The notes under the pieces are model-generated. The model had not been told where the DNA came from. It made no database searches and saw nothing but the letters and a program-made list of their open reading frames with translations. A stretch of DNA of 63,667 nt, from NCBI GenBank assembly GCA_002773835.1, contig PFAC01000054.1:1-63667 (forward strand), read 5' to 3'. This stretch comes from Chlamydiae bacterium CG10_big_fil_rev_8_21_14_0_10_35_9 (lineage in GTDB: Bacteria; Chlamydiota; Chlamydiia; Chlamydiales; SM23-39). Below, piece by piece: positions 19,946-29,405 of the stretch (positions within the stretch are counted from its first letter, which is position 1; each line of letters opens with the position of its first letter). Position numbers and translations under genes: made by a program.

Positions 19946-21223
19946 ATGGCAGTTTCAATACAAGGTAGAGTTCAAATTCCCTCATTAACTGAAGCAGACA
20001 TCGATGATAATAAATCTGATGTAGTCGTAGTTGGAGGAGGCCCTGTAGGACTTTGGACAGCCATTCAAACAAAAATTTTAAGCGGTAAAGAAGTAACCGT
20101 TATTGAAAAGTACGAAGAATATCAAAGAAATATTCGATTAAATATAGATGCCCATTCCTTGAAAGGCATCCCTGATAACAATTTTTTGAAAGAGCTAACT
20201 AAAGCTTGGGGCAACCGATCTGTTTCGATTCAAGATATGGAAAACGGATTAGTACAATTAGCTAACGAAGTGGGGGTCAAAATCATCCGGGGGCATAGCG
20301 CCGATCCTCAAGACTTGCATGAGTTGTTTCCAGAAGCTTCAGTATTTATTGGAGCAGACGGAGCTAGAAGCAAAGTTCGAGAAGAGATCTTTCAAAATGA
20401 ATTTCGATTTAACTCTAATTTGCAGTACATGGTTCAAGTACAATATGAAATTGAAGGTGACTGTTGGCGGGAAATGGTAGGCGATAACAGTATAGAAAAG
20501 GTAAGAGATTTATCAGATAAATATCGAAGACAAAAATTTGCAGAACATGTTGTTGTTGAAAATATCCGTCCTCAAGAAAATGGGAACTCTCAAGTTACAT
20601 TGCAGATTTTTATCGATAAAAAGACATATGATCAAATGAAAGATGCCTCTTTTAAACACCCTTATTATTTTGAAATGGATCTGCATAAAGTTCCTGAAGA
20701 ACTTAAAAATGTCCTGATTAAATGGTGGGGGGCAAGAAGTAAGATTCACCACGAAACTATTCAAAGAGGTCATACTAATAAAATGACAGTAGTTGCTCTC
20801 AATTCTTATGCAGCAAAAAATGTTGTTGTGGATAGGGATGGTCGGGTGTGGACCCTTGTAGGCGATGCAGCCGGAGCTTTTCCTTTTTTTAGAGCGATAA
20901 ATACTGGTCTTGGGTTAGGAACTATGCTTGCGAAGGCTATTTCTTCTTCCTTTCAAAAATGTGATGCTACAGGGAAAAAGATGACAGCAGCTTCTTTACG
21001 CTCTTATTCCAGATATGCAACATTTCGTTTAAATACTGAGAGAATGAAAGCTTATTTCAAAAGTCTTTTTCTAAATATAACAAAAGTGTTTTTGTCGATT
21101 AGCAATCGAGTTTTTTGGCAAGTAAACAAGATAAAACCTGCACGACAAACAGTTATTGAGCAAGAAGGAAATCGTATATGGGATCTGCTTTCTTCCAATG
21201 AGCCTTTAGCGCAATCTAACTAA
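19946..21223 (+). CDS. FAD-dependent monooxygenase-like flavoprotein
   Basis: 'VVVVGGGPVGLWTA' dinucleotide fold, 'GADGARSKVR' and 'LVGDAAGAFPFF'. Confidence 0.6.
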   Translation: MAVSIQGRVQIPSLTEADIDDNKSDVVVVGGGPVGLWTAIQTKILSGKEVTVIEKYEEYQRNIRLNIDAHSLKGIPDNNFLKELTKAWGNRSVSIQDMENGLVQLANEVGVKIIRGHSADPQDLHELFPEASVFIGADGARSKVREEIFQNEFRFNSNLQYMVQVQYEIEGDCWREMVGDNSIEKVRDLSDKYRRQKFAEHVVVENIRPQENGNSQVTLQIFIDKKTYDQMKDASFKHPYYFEMDLHKVPEELKNVLIKWWGARSKIHHETIQRGHTNKMTVVALNSYAAKNVVVDRDGRVWTLVGDAAGAFPFFRAINTGLGLGTMLAKAISSSFQKCDATGKKMTAASLRSYSRYATFRLNTERMKAYFKSLFLNITKVFLSISNRVFWQVNKIKPARQTVIEQEGNRIWDLLSSNEPLAQSN

Positions 21224-21243
21224 TTAATCTTGCAAAAAGTTTG

Positions 21244-21270
21244 TAGGGAGTTATTACCTTAAACTCCCTA
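21244..21270 (+). terminator. Hairpin downstream of the flavoprotein gene
   Basis: tagggagt-(11 nt)-actcccta, an 8-bp stem followed by a T-rich 'gaatttcatttt'. Confidence 0.4.
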
Positions 21271-21345
21271 GAATTTCATTTTGTGTTAGACAAAAAAAAT
21301 ACACTTATCACACACTTTCCCTCCTTAAAAAACTAAATAACATTT

Positions 21346-22262
21346 GTGGTTACACTCAACAAAAGTCAGAACAGTATTATCATAATTGGTGCCGCAGGAC
21401 GCCAAGGAAAAGAATATTTTCATCTTCTTTCAAAGTTATATAAGATCAGTGGTCTTGTAGATACTAATTATAAAGCTCTAAAAGAAGCTTATAATCAAAG
21501 TTCGATTCCCTTATTTCACACTGTAGAAGAAGCTATAGAGCAATGTTCTTTTGCAACAGCTGTTATATGCATTCCTCACTCTTATCATTTTTCCGTTACC
21601 TTACCTCTTATTAACGCTAATAAAACTGTGATCAAAGAAAAACCACTTGCACTAACTCAAGTGGAAGTCAACAGATATAAAGAGCAGGAAAAAAATCATA
21701 TTTTTACAATTGTTCAAAGGCCTTTTCACGAAGCATTTTTCTTTGTACAAAAGAACTTGTACCGTTTAGGAAAGATCTATGATTTTGGCGAAGTAATTTT
21801 TCATTATCTGGGGGTGGCGTCATCATTGATATGGGATATCACATTCTAGATGTGATAATCAATTTTTTCGGACAGCCTGAAGAAATTTCTGGAGCTCTTT
21901 CATATTGCTATGACTATTCTGGGCGCTCTCATTTAGAAGATGCAGCTACTATTACTTGTCGATACTCAAACAACCAGCTACATGGAAGCATACGTCTTAA
22001 TCGATATGCTGAAAGCAAACGAGAATATTTTGAAGTTTTGGGAAGCAATGGGATGTTAACTATGCAAAACGGTTTTATAGAAATAAAGGACCGAAAAGGA
22101 AACCTTTTGGAACAAGTAGAAATTTCTGATCCCTTGAATAAACAAAAAATGTTTGATTTCTATTTTGAGCAATCTAGTTGTCCTTTTTTTTCTGAGCAAC
22201 ACCTCAACCATCACGCAGTGATTGTTGCACTTATTGAACAACTCTACAAAAGGATTCGATAA
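21346..22262 (+). pseudogene. Gfo/Idh/MocA-family sugar oxidoreductase split by a single frameshift in a G5 run
   Basis: Track ORFs 21346-21849 ('IIIIGAAGRQG', 'EKPLALT') and 21831-22262 are the N- and C-halves of one enzyme. Adding one G at 21810-21814 reads '...HYLGGGVIIDMGYHILDVI' and gives one 305-codon ORF (917+1 nt = 306 codons with stop). GTG start. Confidence 0.8.
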
Positions 22263-23491
22263 TGGAGTCAAATAAAATAACATATCCTTGGCCTATCATT
22301 ACTGAGGAAATCGAAGAAGCTGTCGTTCAGCAATTACACACTACGCTTGGAACTTATGATCGATCTGGCATCACAAAAGAATTCGAAGACAAGTTCAAAG
22401 AAATTCATAAAAGCAAGTTTGCTCTTGTTACCTCAAGTGGAACGGCTGCTCTGCATTCGGCATTTTATGCGCTAGACCTTGGGCCGGGTGATGAGGTCAT
22501 TTGTACTGACTACACTTTTTTTGCTACAGCTATGCCTCTTTTCCAATTAGGAGTAGTACCTGTTTTAGCAGACTGCGATCCTAATGGAGGGCTGGCAGCT
22601 ACAGAAATTGATAGACTTATAACCAAAAAGACAAAAGCAGTCGTTCTTACCCATATGTGGGGAAATCCTTGTGAAATGGATGCGATTTTAGATAGATGTC
22701 AAAAATACAACCTTCGATTAGTGGAAGATTGTTCCCATGCGCATGGGGCAACTTATAAAGGACAGCATGTTGGCACTTTTGGCGATATAGGTATTTGGAG
22801 CCTTCAGTCACAAAAAATTATTGCTGCAGGTGAGGCAGGAATATTGGTTACAAATGATCGTACATGTTACGACAAAGCACAGCTGCTAGGGCATTTCAAT
22901 AAGCGAGCCTTAAAAGAAATGGATCCTTCCTCTCCATTATATCAATATGCTATAACAGGTACAGGACTGAAATACCGCCCAGCGGCTCTTGGCCTTGCCA
23001 TTGCCAATAAGCAACTTGATTACTTAGAGCAGTGGATCAATGCCAAAAACCGAAATGCTGAACGAGTACAAAGTATTATTGGAGAAGTTGATGGGATCAA
23101 GTTTTTAAAAGGAGCTGGAGATTTTTCTCGCTCTGCCTACTATGCATTTACCTTTACCATAGACCCTAAAATAGCTCCTTTTTCTAGAGAAGAATTAGTG
23201 AGTTGTATGCACTCTTTTGGATTTAAGGATATAGATATTCCAAACTCTACTTCCTGCTTGCACAGATATCCAATTTTTCAAAAACCTATTTCTCCTGTGT
23301 ACTCCTATCAAAATGACATTTGCATACGGGGAGATTATCCAAATTCAAAGTTTATTTCAGATCATCTTGTAAAAATTTCTGTTCCTATTGATGATCATAA
23401 GGGTTCTAAAGGTCGTTTTTTTGTCGACTCTTTTGAAACAATTTGGAAAAAAGCAAAGGAGAAGTTATGCACCCTTATTCAAAAAAATTAG
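22262..23491 (+). CDS. DegT/DnrJ/EryC1/StrS-family PLP-dependent sugar aminotransferase
   Basis: 'LVTSSGTAALH', 'LVEDCSHAHGA' and 'SLQSQKIIAAGEAGILVTND' (Lys). TAATG overlap with the upstream gene. Confidence 0.85.
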   Translation: MESNKITYPWPIITEEIEEAVVQQLHTTLGTYDRSGITKEFEDKFKEIHKSKFALVTSSGTAALHSAFYALDLGPGDEVICTDYTFFATAMPLFQLGVVPVLADCDPNGGLAATEIDRLITKKTKAVVLTHMWGNPCEMDAILDRCQKYNLRLVEDCSHAHGATYKGQHVGTFGDIGIWSLQSQKIIAAGEAGILVTNDRTCYDKAQLLGHFNKRALKEMDPSSPLYQYAITGTGLKYRPAALGLAIANKQLDYLEQWINAKNRNAERVQSIIGEVDGIKFLKGAGDFSRSAYYAFTFTIDPKIAPFSREELVSCMHSFGFKDIDIPNSTSCLHRYPIFQKPISPVYSYQNDICIRGDYPNSKFISDHLVKISVPIDDHKGSKGRFFVDSFETIWKKAKEKLCTLIQKN

Positions 23492-23946
23492 AAATGGAGC
23501 TAGTGAGCCAAGCACTAAGAGATGACATACAGAAAATTGTAGTGGGAGGCGTCATTTTAGATAAAAACAAGGAAGCAGTCCTTCTTTTGAAAAGGCACCC
23601 TTCAGATTTTATGCCAAACATTGAAGAGCTTCCCAGTGGAGGGGTCCACGAAGGAGAAAGTCTTGCTGAAGCCCTCGTTAGAGAAGTGCAAGAAGAAACA
23701 ACTCTTGAAGTAGAACTTGTGCAAAGCTATATTAGCAGTTTTGACTACCACTCGCAAAGTGGTCGACTAACAAGGCAGTTTAACTTTCTAGTTCTTCCCA
23801 AATTATATGAACCGATTGTTCTTATTCCTGAAGAGCATTCCAGTTATGTGTGGAAGGAGCTAAATAATACTGCAGGTCTTTCACAAAAAATGAGGGAAAT
23901 TTTTGAGATTACAGCAAAAGCAAAAAATACAGGCTCTCTTCTTTGA
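23467..23946 (+). CDS. Nudix hydrolase
   Basis: Nudix box 'GGVHEGESLAEALVREVQEETTL'. ATG 23467 is preceded by AAGGAG plus 5 nt; the track start is 23443. Confidence 0.8.
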   Translation: MHPYSKKLEMELVSQALRDDIQKIVVGGVILDKNKEAVLLLKRHPSDFMPNIEELPSGGVHEGESLAEALVREVQEETTLEVELVQSYISSFDYHSQSGRLTRQFNFLVLPKLYEPIVLIPEEHSSYVWKELNNTAGLSQKMREIFEITAKAKNTGSLL

Positions 23947-24562
23947 CTTTGATGGTGTCCTTTTTGATCTCGAACCTCTTCATTTTAAAGCTTGGGAATT
24001 AACGTTGGAAAAGCTTGGATATCGTGACCCAAGCTTTTCACTAGAAAATGTAGTTGGAATTTCTGATAAAGAAATTGCTGATTACTTTATCAATTTTTTT
24101 TCACTTTCAATGAAAAGCGAAAATTTGCAGGAAGAAAAAGAACTTAACTATGATTACTTAATTAGCAGTGTTCAGTTTCCTACGAAGGAATTGCATGACA
24201 TTCTTAAAAAATATAGGCAATCATTTAAGTTGTTAATAGTCTCTTCTTCTACTACTAGAGCAATTAAAAAAATATTAGATCGATGCAATCTTGCTGATTA
24301 TTTCTTCACCATTATTGGTGCTGATAAAGTGCAAAATCACAAACCGCATCCAGAGCCTTATCATATGGCTCTTGAAGCTTGCTCTATTTCAGCAGATCAA
24401 GCAGTTGCAATTGAAGATTCAGTAGCTGGGCTTCGTTCTGCTCAAGATGTTGGGATCAGAGCTATTTGGTTTAAAAGGTACCAACATACACCTTCTTCTG
24501 AATACCAAAATAGTTTTCCTTCCATATCCCATCTTTCAGAACTGGAGTTTTATATTCAGTAG
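23903..24562 (+). CDS. HAD-superfamily phosphatase (beta-phosphoglucomutase-like subfamily)
   Basis: 'FFDFDGVLFD' motif I, 'IVSSS' motif II and 'AIEDSVAGLRSA' motif IV. TTG start overlapping the Nudix gene. Confidence 0.8.
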   Translation: MRLQQKQKIQALFFDFDGVLFDLEPLHFKAWELTLEKLGYRDPSFSLENVVGISDKEIADYFINFFSLSMKSENLQEEKELNYDYLISSVQFPTKELHDILKKYRQSFKLLIVSSSTTRAIKKILDRCNLADYFFTIIGADKVQNHKPHPEPYHMALEACSISADQAVAIEDSVAGLRSAQDVGIRAIWFKRYQHTPSSEYQNSFPSISHLSELEFYIQ

Positions 24563-24591
24563 TTTTGGAAGCTGGTCATCAATAGTTTTTT

Positions 24592-26010
24592 TTAAGCAAA
24601 AATAGCTTTCAAAATATAAAAAAGAACAATGCTAAGGATAGCACTGATCGGAATGGTAATAACCCAAGATAGAAATATATCTCTAAGTGTTCTTAAGTTT
24701 AAAGCAGACAAGCCTCTTGCAAGTCCAACCCCTAACACACCTCCCACAAGTGAGTGAGTAGTAGAGATAGGCAGACCCATTTTAGAAGCTATTAGTATAG
24801 TGGTAGCAGCTCCAAACTCGGCTGAAAAGCCTCTGGTAGGAGTAAGTTCTGTAATTTTTTTGCCGACCGTTTCTATAACTCTCCATCCCCAAGTAGCAAG
24901 GCCGACTACAATACCCGTTCCACCTAGTGCTAATAGCCATACAGGTACTTCGGACACCATTGAGATAGACTGGTTTTTTAATACGTCGAAAACGGCAGCT
25001 ACAGGTCCAATGGCATTGGCTACGTCGTTAGCCCCGTGTCCAAAAGCAACTAAACAGGCGCTAATAATTTGAAGATACACAAAGATTCTTTCCACATCAT
25101 GAAACTCCGACGTTCTTTCTTCAAATCGTGTTTGTTTTCGGAGGTCTTCATTTAAATTTTTTACATCACTCAAAATAGCACTTACTTTATCTTGCGTCTC
25201 TTTTTTAGATGAAAGTTTTACTCTTCTTAAATGCTTGATTGCTTTTTCTAAACTTAATACATGCTCGGGATGAACATGTTCACTTGCCTGAAACTGCGTA
25301 ATTTTTACTTTTCTAATTAAAATAAAGCCAATAGATCCAGCAAGTAAGGCAATTGGTATAGAAATGAAAAGAGCCTTTTGAAATGGCAAGTCCATGTTGA
25401 GGTTGGCAAGTCCTTCAAAAAGAAGGCTCATAGAAAACACTAAAAAGCAAAAGAAAACCATAAAAGGCGCTATCCTTTTGGTCGCTTTTAAAGGATTCAG
25501 GGCAAAAAAGATCTTTTTTTGAAGAAGAGAAAATATGAGAAAAGAGATGACCCCGCTTAAAAATGGAGATAAGACCCAGCTTGAAGCTATTCTAAACAAC
25601 TCTACCCAGTCAACAGCGTGAGCGCCTCCAATAATCACACCAAAGCCAACTACGGCACCAACAATCGCATGTGTCGTAGAGACAGGAAGTCCTAAATAAG
25701 AAGCGCTTTGCAGCCAAATTCCTGTAGCTAGTAGTGCTCCCATCATTCCTAAGACAAAAAGATGGGGGTCATTCATGAAAATTTCTGGTTGGACAATTTC
25801 TTTTTGAATCGTCTCAGATACATGAGATCCGACAAAAAAAGCTCCTGAAAACTCCAGTATGGCGGCCAAGATCACAGCTTTTTTTAATGTCAAAGCTCTT
25901 GATCCAACTGATGTCCCCATAGCGTTGGCAACATCATTTGCTCCAATATTCCACGCCATGTAAAAGCCGGTAATAAGGGTCAAAGTGCGTATAATGGTTT
26001 CTAATTCCAT
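24592..26010 (-). CDS. PiT-family inorganic phosphate transporter
   Basis: Duplicated 'GANDVANAMGTSVGS' / 'GANDVANAIGPVA' signatures in a polytopic protein. Confidence 0.9.
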   Translation of the reverse strand: MELETIIRTLTLITGFYMAWNIGANDVANAMGTSVGSRALTLKKAVILAAILEFSGAFFVGSHVSETIQKEIVQPEIFMNDPHLFVLGMMGALLATGIWLQSASYLGLPVSTTHAIVGAVVGFGVIIGGAHAVDWVELFRIASSWVLSPFLSGVISFLIFSLLQKKIFFALNPLKATKRIAPFMVFFCFLVFSMSLLFEGLANLNMDLPFQKALFISIPIALLAGSIGFILIRKVKITQFQASEHVHPEHVLSLEKAIKHLRRVKLSSKKETQDKVSAILSDVKNLNEDLRKQTRFEERTSEFHDVERIFVYLQIISACLVAFGHGANDVANAIGPVAAVFDVLKNQSISMVSEVPVWLLALGGTGIVVGLATWGWRVIETVGKKITELTPTRGFSAEFGAATTILIASKMGLPISTTHSLVGGVLGVGLARGLSALNLRTLRDIFLSWVITIPISAILSIVLFYILKAIFA

Positions 26011-26013
26011 AAA

Positions 26014-26688
26014 TTATTTCAATTCTAAGATCATACGAACGCGATTGGCGAGTTTTTCTGAAAGGTTTGAGATTGCTGCTATTTCCTTTAAAAGTCTCAT
26101 CCATAAATGGAAAGAGCCGTAAGGCATAGTGGCAGATAAGTCATAAAGTTTTTTTGTGATCTGGTGCTGAATGCGGTCAGCTTCATGCTCAAAAAAAGCT
26201 ACTTTCTCTATTAGCTCTTTTGTTTTCTGCGCTTCCACACCACCAAAAGAAGATTCTAATAAAGCATCAATTTCTTGGATAACTGCATGGACCTTATAAA
26301 AAGCTTCTAAGTTTTTTTTATAAAATACCGTGAAGTCTTTCAGTAGCTCATCTATCTTGTCAAATTTCTGCACACTAATTGTAACAGCAATATCTTCGGC
26401 TTGGTCTGCAAGAGAGTCTTGTAATGCCAATATTTCCAAAAGAGCGCCCCGATCAATTGGTAAAAAAATGCTTTTAGGCAAGTGGTTCCTAATATCATTT
26501 TTAATTTGATCTGCCTCATGCTCCAATTTAGAAATCTTCTTGGAAATTTCTTCTATTTTTTTTAAAGAACCAGATAAAAGGGCTTCGAACAATAAAGGAA
26601 CAAGAGCTACGCATTCTGCTACTTTTTCCATGTGGGTTTGAAGAGGGGCAAATGGTGATTTGCCAAAAAGCTTTGCGATGGTGTACAT
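26014..26688 (-). CDS. DUF47/PhoU-like phosphate-transport accessory protein
   Basis: Two helical repeats each with an 'EHEAD.I' motif ('LEHEADQIKNDI', 'FEHEADRIQHQI'). Lies immediately upstream of the Pit gene. Confidence 0.75.
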   Translation of the reverse strand: MYTIAKLFGKSPFAPLQTHMEKVAECVALVPLLFEALLSGSLKKIEEISKKISKLEHEADQIKNDIRNHLPKSIFLPIDRGALLEILALQDSLADQAEDIAVTISVQKFDKIDELLKDFTVFYKKNLEAFYKVHAVIQEIDALLESSFGGVEAQKTKELIEKVAFFEHEADRIQHQITKKLYDLSATMPYGSFHLWMRLLKEIAAISNLSEKLANRVRMILELK

Positions 26689-26799
26689 GCAAATTTTGTT
26701 GTTTTATATGTGAGTAGTTATAGCAAAAAAGTTGTTAAACAACAAAGGTAAGTTTTTTATATTGCGAGTTTTGCAAAGTTGTTTAGTTAAACAAAATAT

Positions 26800-27510
26800 T
26801 TATTTTGAAAGGCTGAATAGCTTTTCCTTGTCTTTTTTAGTGAGGGCGCGGTAAGCTCCAAGAGGGAGTTTGTCTAAACACAGAGAGCCTATTTTGGTTC
26901 TTTTTAAATCTCTCAATCGAAGTCTTGCTCTTAAAGCTAGTATTTTTACTTCGTGTTTTTTCCCTTCTTTAATACCTACTATAAGATGATTGCTTTTAAT
27001 TTTTTTTACATAAGTAGGTTTTACTCTTCGCTTATCGATAAAAGCGCCTTTTTGAAGCTTTTGAATATGCTCAGGAGTAACTTCGTCTGCAACTCTTAAA
27101 TGGTATTCCTTAACTATGTCGGAAGAGGGGTGAATAATTTGATTAGCAAGCTCACCGTCATTAGTAACCAGTAAAAGACCGGTAGTGTCTTTATCTAGCC
27201 TTCCCACAGTAAATAGCCTGGTTTTTTCTCTAAAAAAGAGGTCAATGACAAGTCTTTCTTGATCTTCAGCTGTATTAGAGCAGATGTATCCTTTAGGTTT
27301 GTTCAAAATAAAAGTTTTTTTTGCCACAGGGCGAACTCTAAACTCTTCATCAACTAAAATTTTATCTTTACCTACAACGACTTTTGTTTGTGGCGTTAAT
27401 ACAATTTTGCCATTAACTTTTACCCGACCATCAAAAATCATTTCCTCGGCTTTTCTTCGAGCCGCAATGCCTGCATCTGCTAGTGCTTTACTTAATCTTT
27501 TTTCTTCCAT
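26800..27510 (-). CDS. RsuA/RluB-family pseudouridine synthase
   Basis: S4 domain 'RLSKALADAGIAARRKAEEMI..GRVKVNG' and catalytic 'GRLDKDTTGLLLVTNDG'. Confidence 0.85.
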   Translation of the reverse strand: MEEKRLSKALADAGIAARRKAEEMIFDGRVKVNGKIVLTPQTKVVVGKDKILVDEEFRVRPVAKKTFILNKPKGYICSNTAEDQERLVIDLFFREKTRLFTVGRLDKDTTGLLLVTNDGELANQIIHPSSDIVKEYHLRVADEVTPEHIQKLQKGAFIDKRRVKPTYVKKIKSNHLIVGIKEGKKHEVKILALRARLRLRDLKRTKIGSLCLDKLPLGAYRALTKKDKEKLFSLSK

Positions 27511-27609
27511 AAGATAAGGGATTGAAATTGGATTTAAAATATAAAAGATTTAAAATTTAAATTCAATTTATTTTAACATTGGAAATTAATTAACAATAAA
27601 GGCAGATAA

Positions 27610-28287
27610 ATGGCGTCAAAACTAATTTTAATGAGACACGGTGAATCAGTTTGGAATGCTAAAAATCTTTTTACAGGATGGGTGGATGTCCCTCTTTCAG
27701 ATAATGGGATTAAAGAAGCTGTTGAAGGGGGTAAAAAAATAAAAGATATCTCGATTGATGTCATTTTTACCTCAAGTTTAATCAGAGCTCAAATGACTGC
27801 CTTTATTGCCATGTTGCATCATGAAAGTAAGAAAACGCCAGTTTTTGTCCATCATGAAAAAAAATTGAAAGAATGGGGAACAAACTATTCTGAAACTTCT
27901 TCTAAAGAAACTATTCCTGTTTATTATTCCTGGCACTTGAATGAAAGAATGTATGGAAAATTGCAAGGTTCCAATAAAGATGAAATGAGAGCAAAGTTTG
28001 GTAAAGAGCAAGTTCATACTTGGAGAAGAAGCTTTGACGTAGCCCCTCCTGATGGAGAATCTTTAAAAATGACTAAAGAAAGGACACTGCCGTACTTTAA
28101 AAAAGAAATCATTCCTTATTTGGAAAAAGGAGAAAATGTATTTATTGCAGCTCATGGCAACTCTTTAAGGTCTATAGTGATGTTTTTAGATGATTTGTCT
28201 CCTGAAGAAGTAGTAAAGCTTGAGATTGCAACAGGCGACCCTATTGTTTATGAATACGCATCTGGAAAATGGATAAAACAAATATGA
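27610..28287 (+). CDS. gpmA: 2,3-bisphosphoglycerate-dependent phosphoglycerate mutase
   Basis: 'LILMRHGESVWNAKNLFTGWVDVPL' and 'AAHGNSLR'. Confidence 0.9.
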   Translation: MASKLILMRHGESVWNAKNLFTGWVDVPLSDNGIKEAVEGGKKIKDISIDVIFTSSLIRAQMTAFIAMLHHESKKTPVFVHHEKKLKEWGTNYSETSSKETIPVYYSWHLNERMYGKLQGSNKDEMRAKFGKEQVHTWRRSFDVAPPDGESLKMTKERTLPYFKKEIIPYLEKGENVFIAAHGNSLRSIVMFLDDLSPEEVVKLEIATGDPIVYEYASGKWIKQI

Positions 28288-29405
28288 TCTATTTGGATCA
28301 GCATACATCTGTACTGCCTTGCTCGTCAGCTATCGATAGGCTGCAAACTTTTTTGCATAAAAAATGGTATAGCTCCAACTCGCCCTACTGTAAAAATACT
28401 TATGACTTGGAAAATGCCTATCAGACAATTTATGACTTCACTGGTGCAAAATATGAAGATACATTTGTTTTTACTTCTTCTGCATCGGAAGCGATCAACC
28501 AGGTACTGTTTGGTGTTTACCATGATGTGATAAAAAAAACAGGCAAGACACATATTATTACATCAAAAAATGAGCAAGCGGCTATTTTGCTAACGCTGAA
28601 AAAATTAGAAGAGCAGGGTATTATTGTTCATTATTTAGAGCCAAATCAAGATGGAGTCATCAATCTTGGCGAGCTGGAAAGAACTATTAATCCAAGGGTA
28701 TCTTTAATAACACTCTCCTGGGCTGACGCTCTTACAGGCACAATACAGCCAGTAGAATCAATTGCTCAGACTTGCGAAAAACATGGGATCTTATTTCATG
28801 TTGACGCCTCTGCTATCTTAGGAAAAGTCTATCTTCCTTTAAATGACATTGATATTCACTATATGACTTTTTGTGGCAACTTATTGCATGGCCCTGTTAG
28901 CTCAGGTGGTCTTTTTATGAAAAAAGGACATGAACTTTCCCCTCTTATTATAGGTGAAAATGAACAGGGAGGTTTAAGAGCCGGACCTTTTGATGTGGGT
29001 TCTTTTTTAGCATTAAGTGCAGCCTGTCAGCAATCACTTCTTTATATGGACCATATGAGCTTAGATGTAGCTAGGCTGAGATCAAGCTTAGAAAGAAAGC
29101 TGCAACAAGAGGTGGGAGCGAAAATATTTTTTCAAAACAACCCCAGATTACCTAATGTTTCTTGTGTTGCTTTTGAAAAAGTCAATAGTGAAGCCTTGCT
29201 ATATCGACTGTACACTGAAGGGCTTGTAGCCTCTTTTGGAGGAGATAGATGGCAGCATCTATCCAATATAATAAAAGGAGATTTAGCGAACTCAGCTGTG
29301 AGTTTCGTGTTAAGTAGGTATACAACCAAAGAAGAAATAGACCAAGCTACGGATATTATTATTAAAAACGTGAAGTTTTTACAAACCTTATCTTTTGATT
29401 TATGA
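28269..29405 (+). CDS. NifS/IscS-like class V aminotransferase-fold protein, apparently lacking catalytic residues
   Basis: Collinear with E. coli IscS as I recall it ('GKTHIITSKNEQAA', 'FHVDAS', 'SRYTTKEEID'). The PLP-Lys motif SGHK reads 'CGNL', and the Cys loop 'SSGSACTS' reads 'ASFGGDRW'. Confidence 0.7.
   Translation: MDKTNMIYLDQHTSVLPCSSAIDRLQTFLHKKWYSSNSPYCKNTYDLENAYQTIYDFTGAKYEDTFVFTSSASEAINQVLFGVYHDVIKKTGKTHIITSKNEQAAILLTLKKLEEQGIIVHYLEPNQDGVINLGELERTINPRVSLITLSWADALTGTIQPVESIAQTCEKHGILFHVDASAILGKVYLPLNDIDIHYMTFCGNLLHGPVSSGGLFMKKGHELSPLIIGENEQGGLRAGPFDVGSFLALSAACQQSLLYMDHMSLDVARLRSSLERKLQQEVGAKIFFQNNPRLPNVSCVAFEKVNSEALLYRLYTEGLVASFGGDRWQHLSNIIKGDLANSAVSFVLSRYTTKEEIDQATDIIIKNVKFLQTLSFDL

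Noticed and set aside
21346-22262. Treating 21346-21849 and 21831-22262 as two independent genes.
   Set aside because: Each carries only half of the Gfo/Idh/MocA fold, and a single G insertion restores the family's GGG..D.G.H motif and one continuous ORF.
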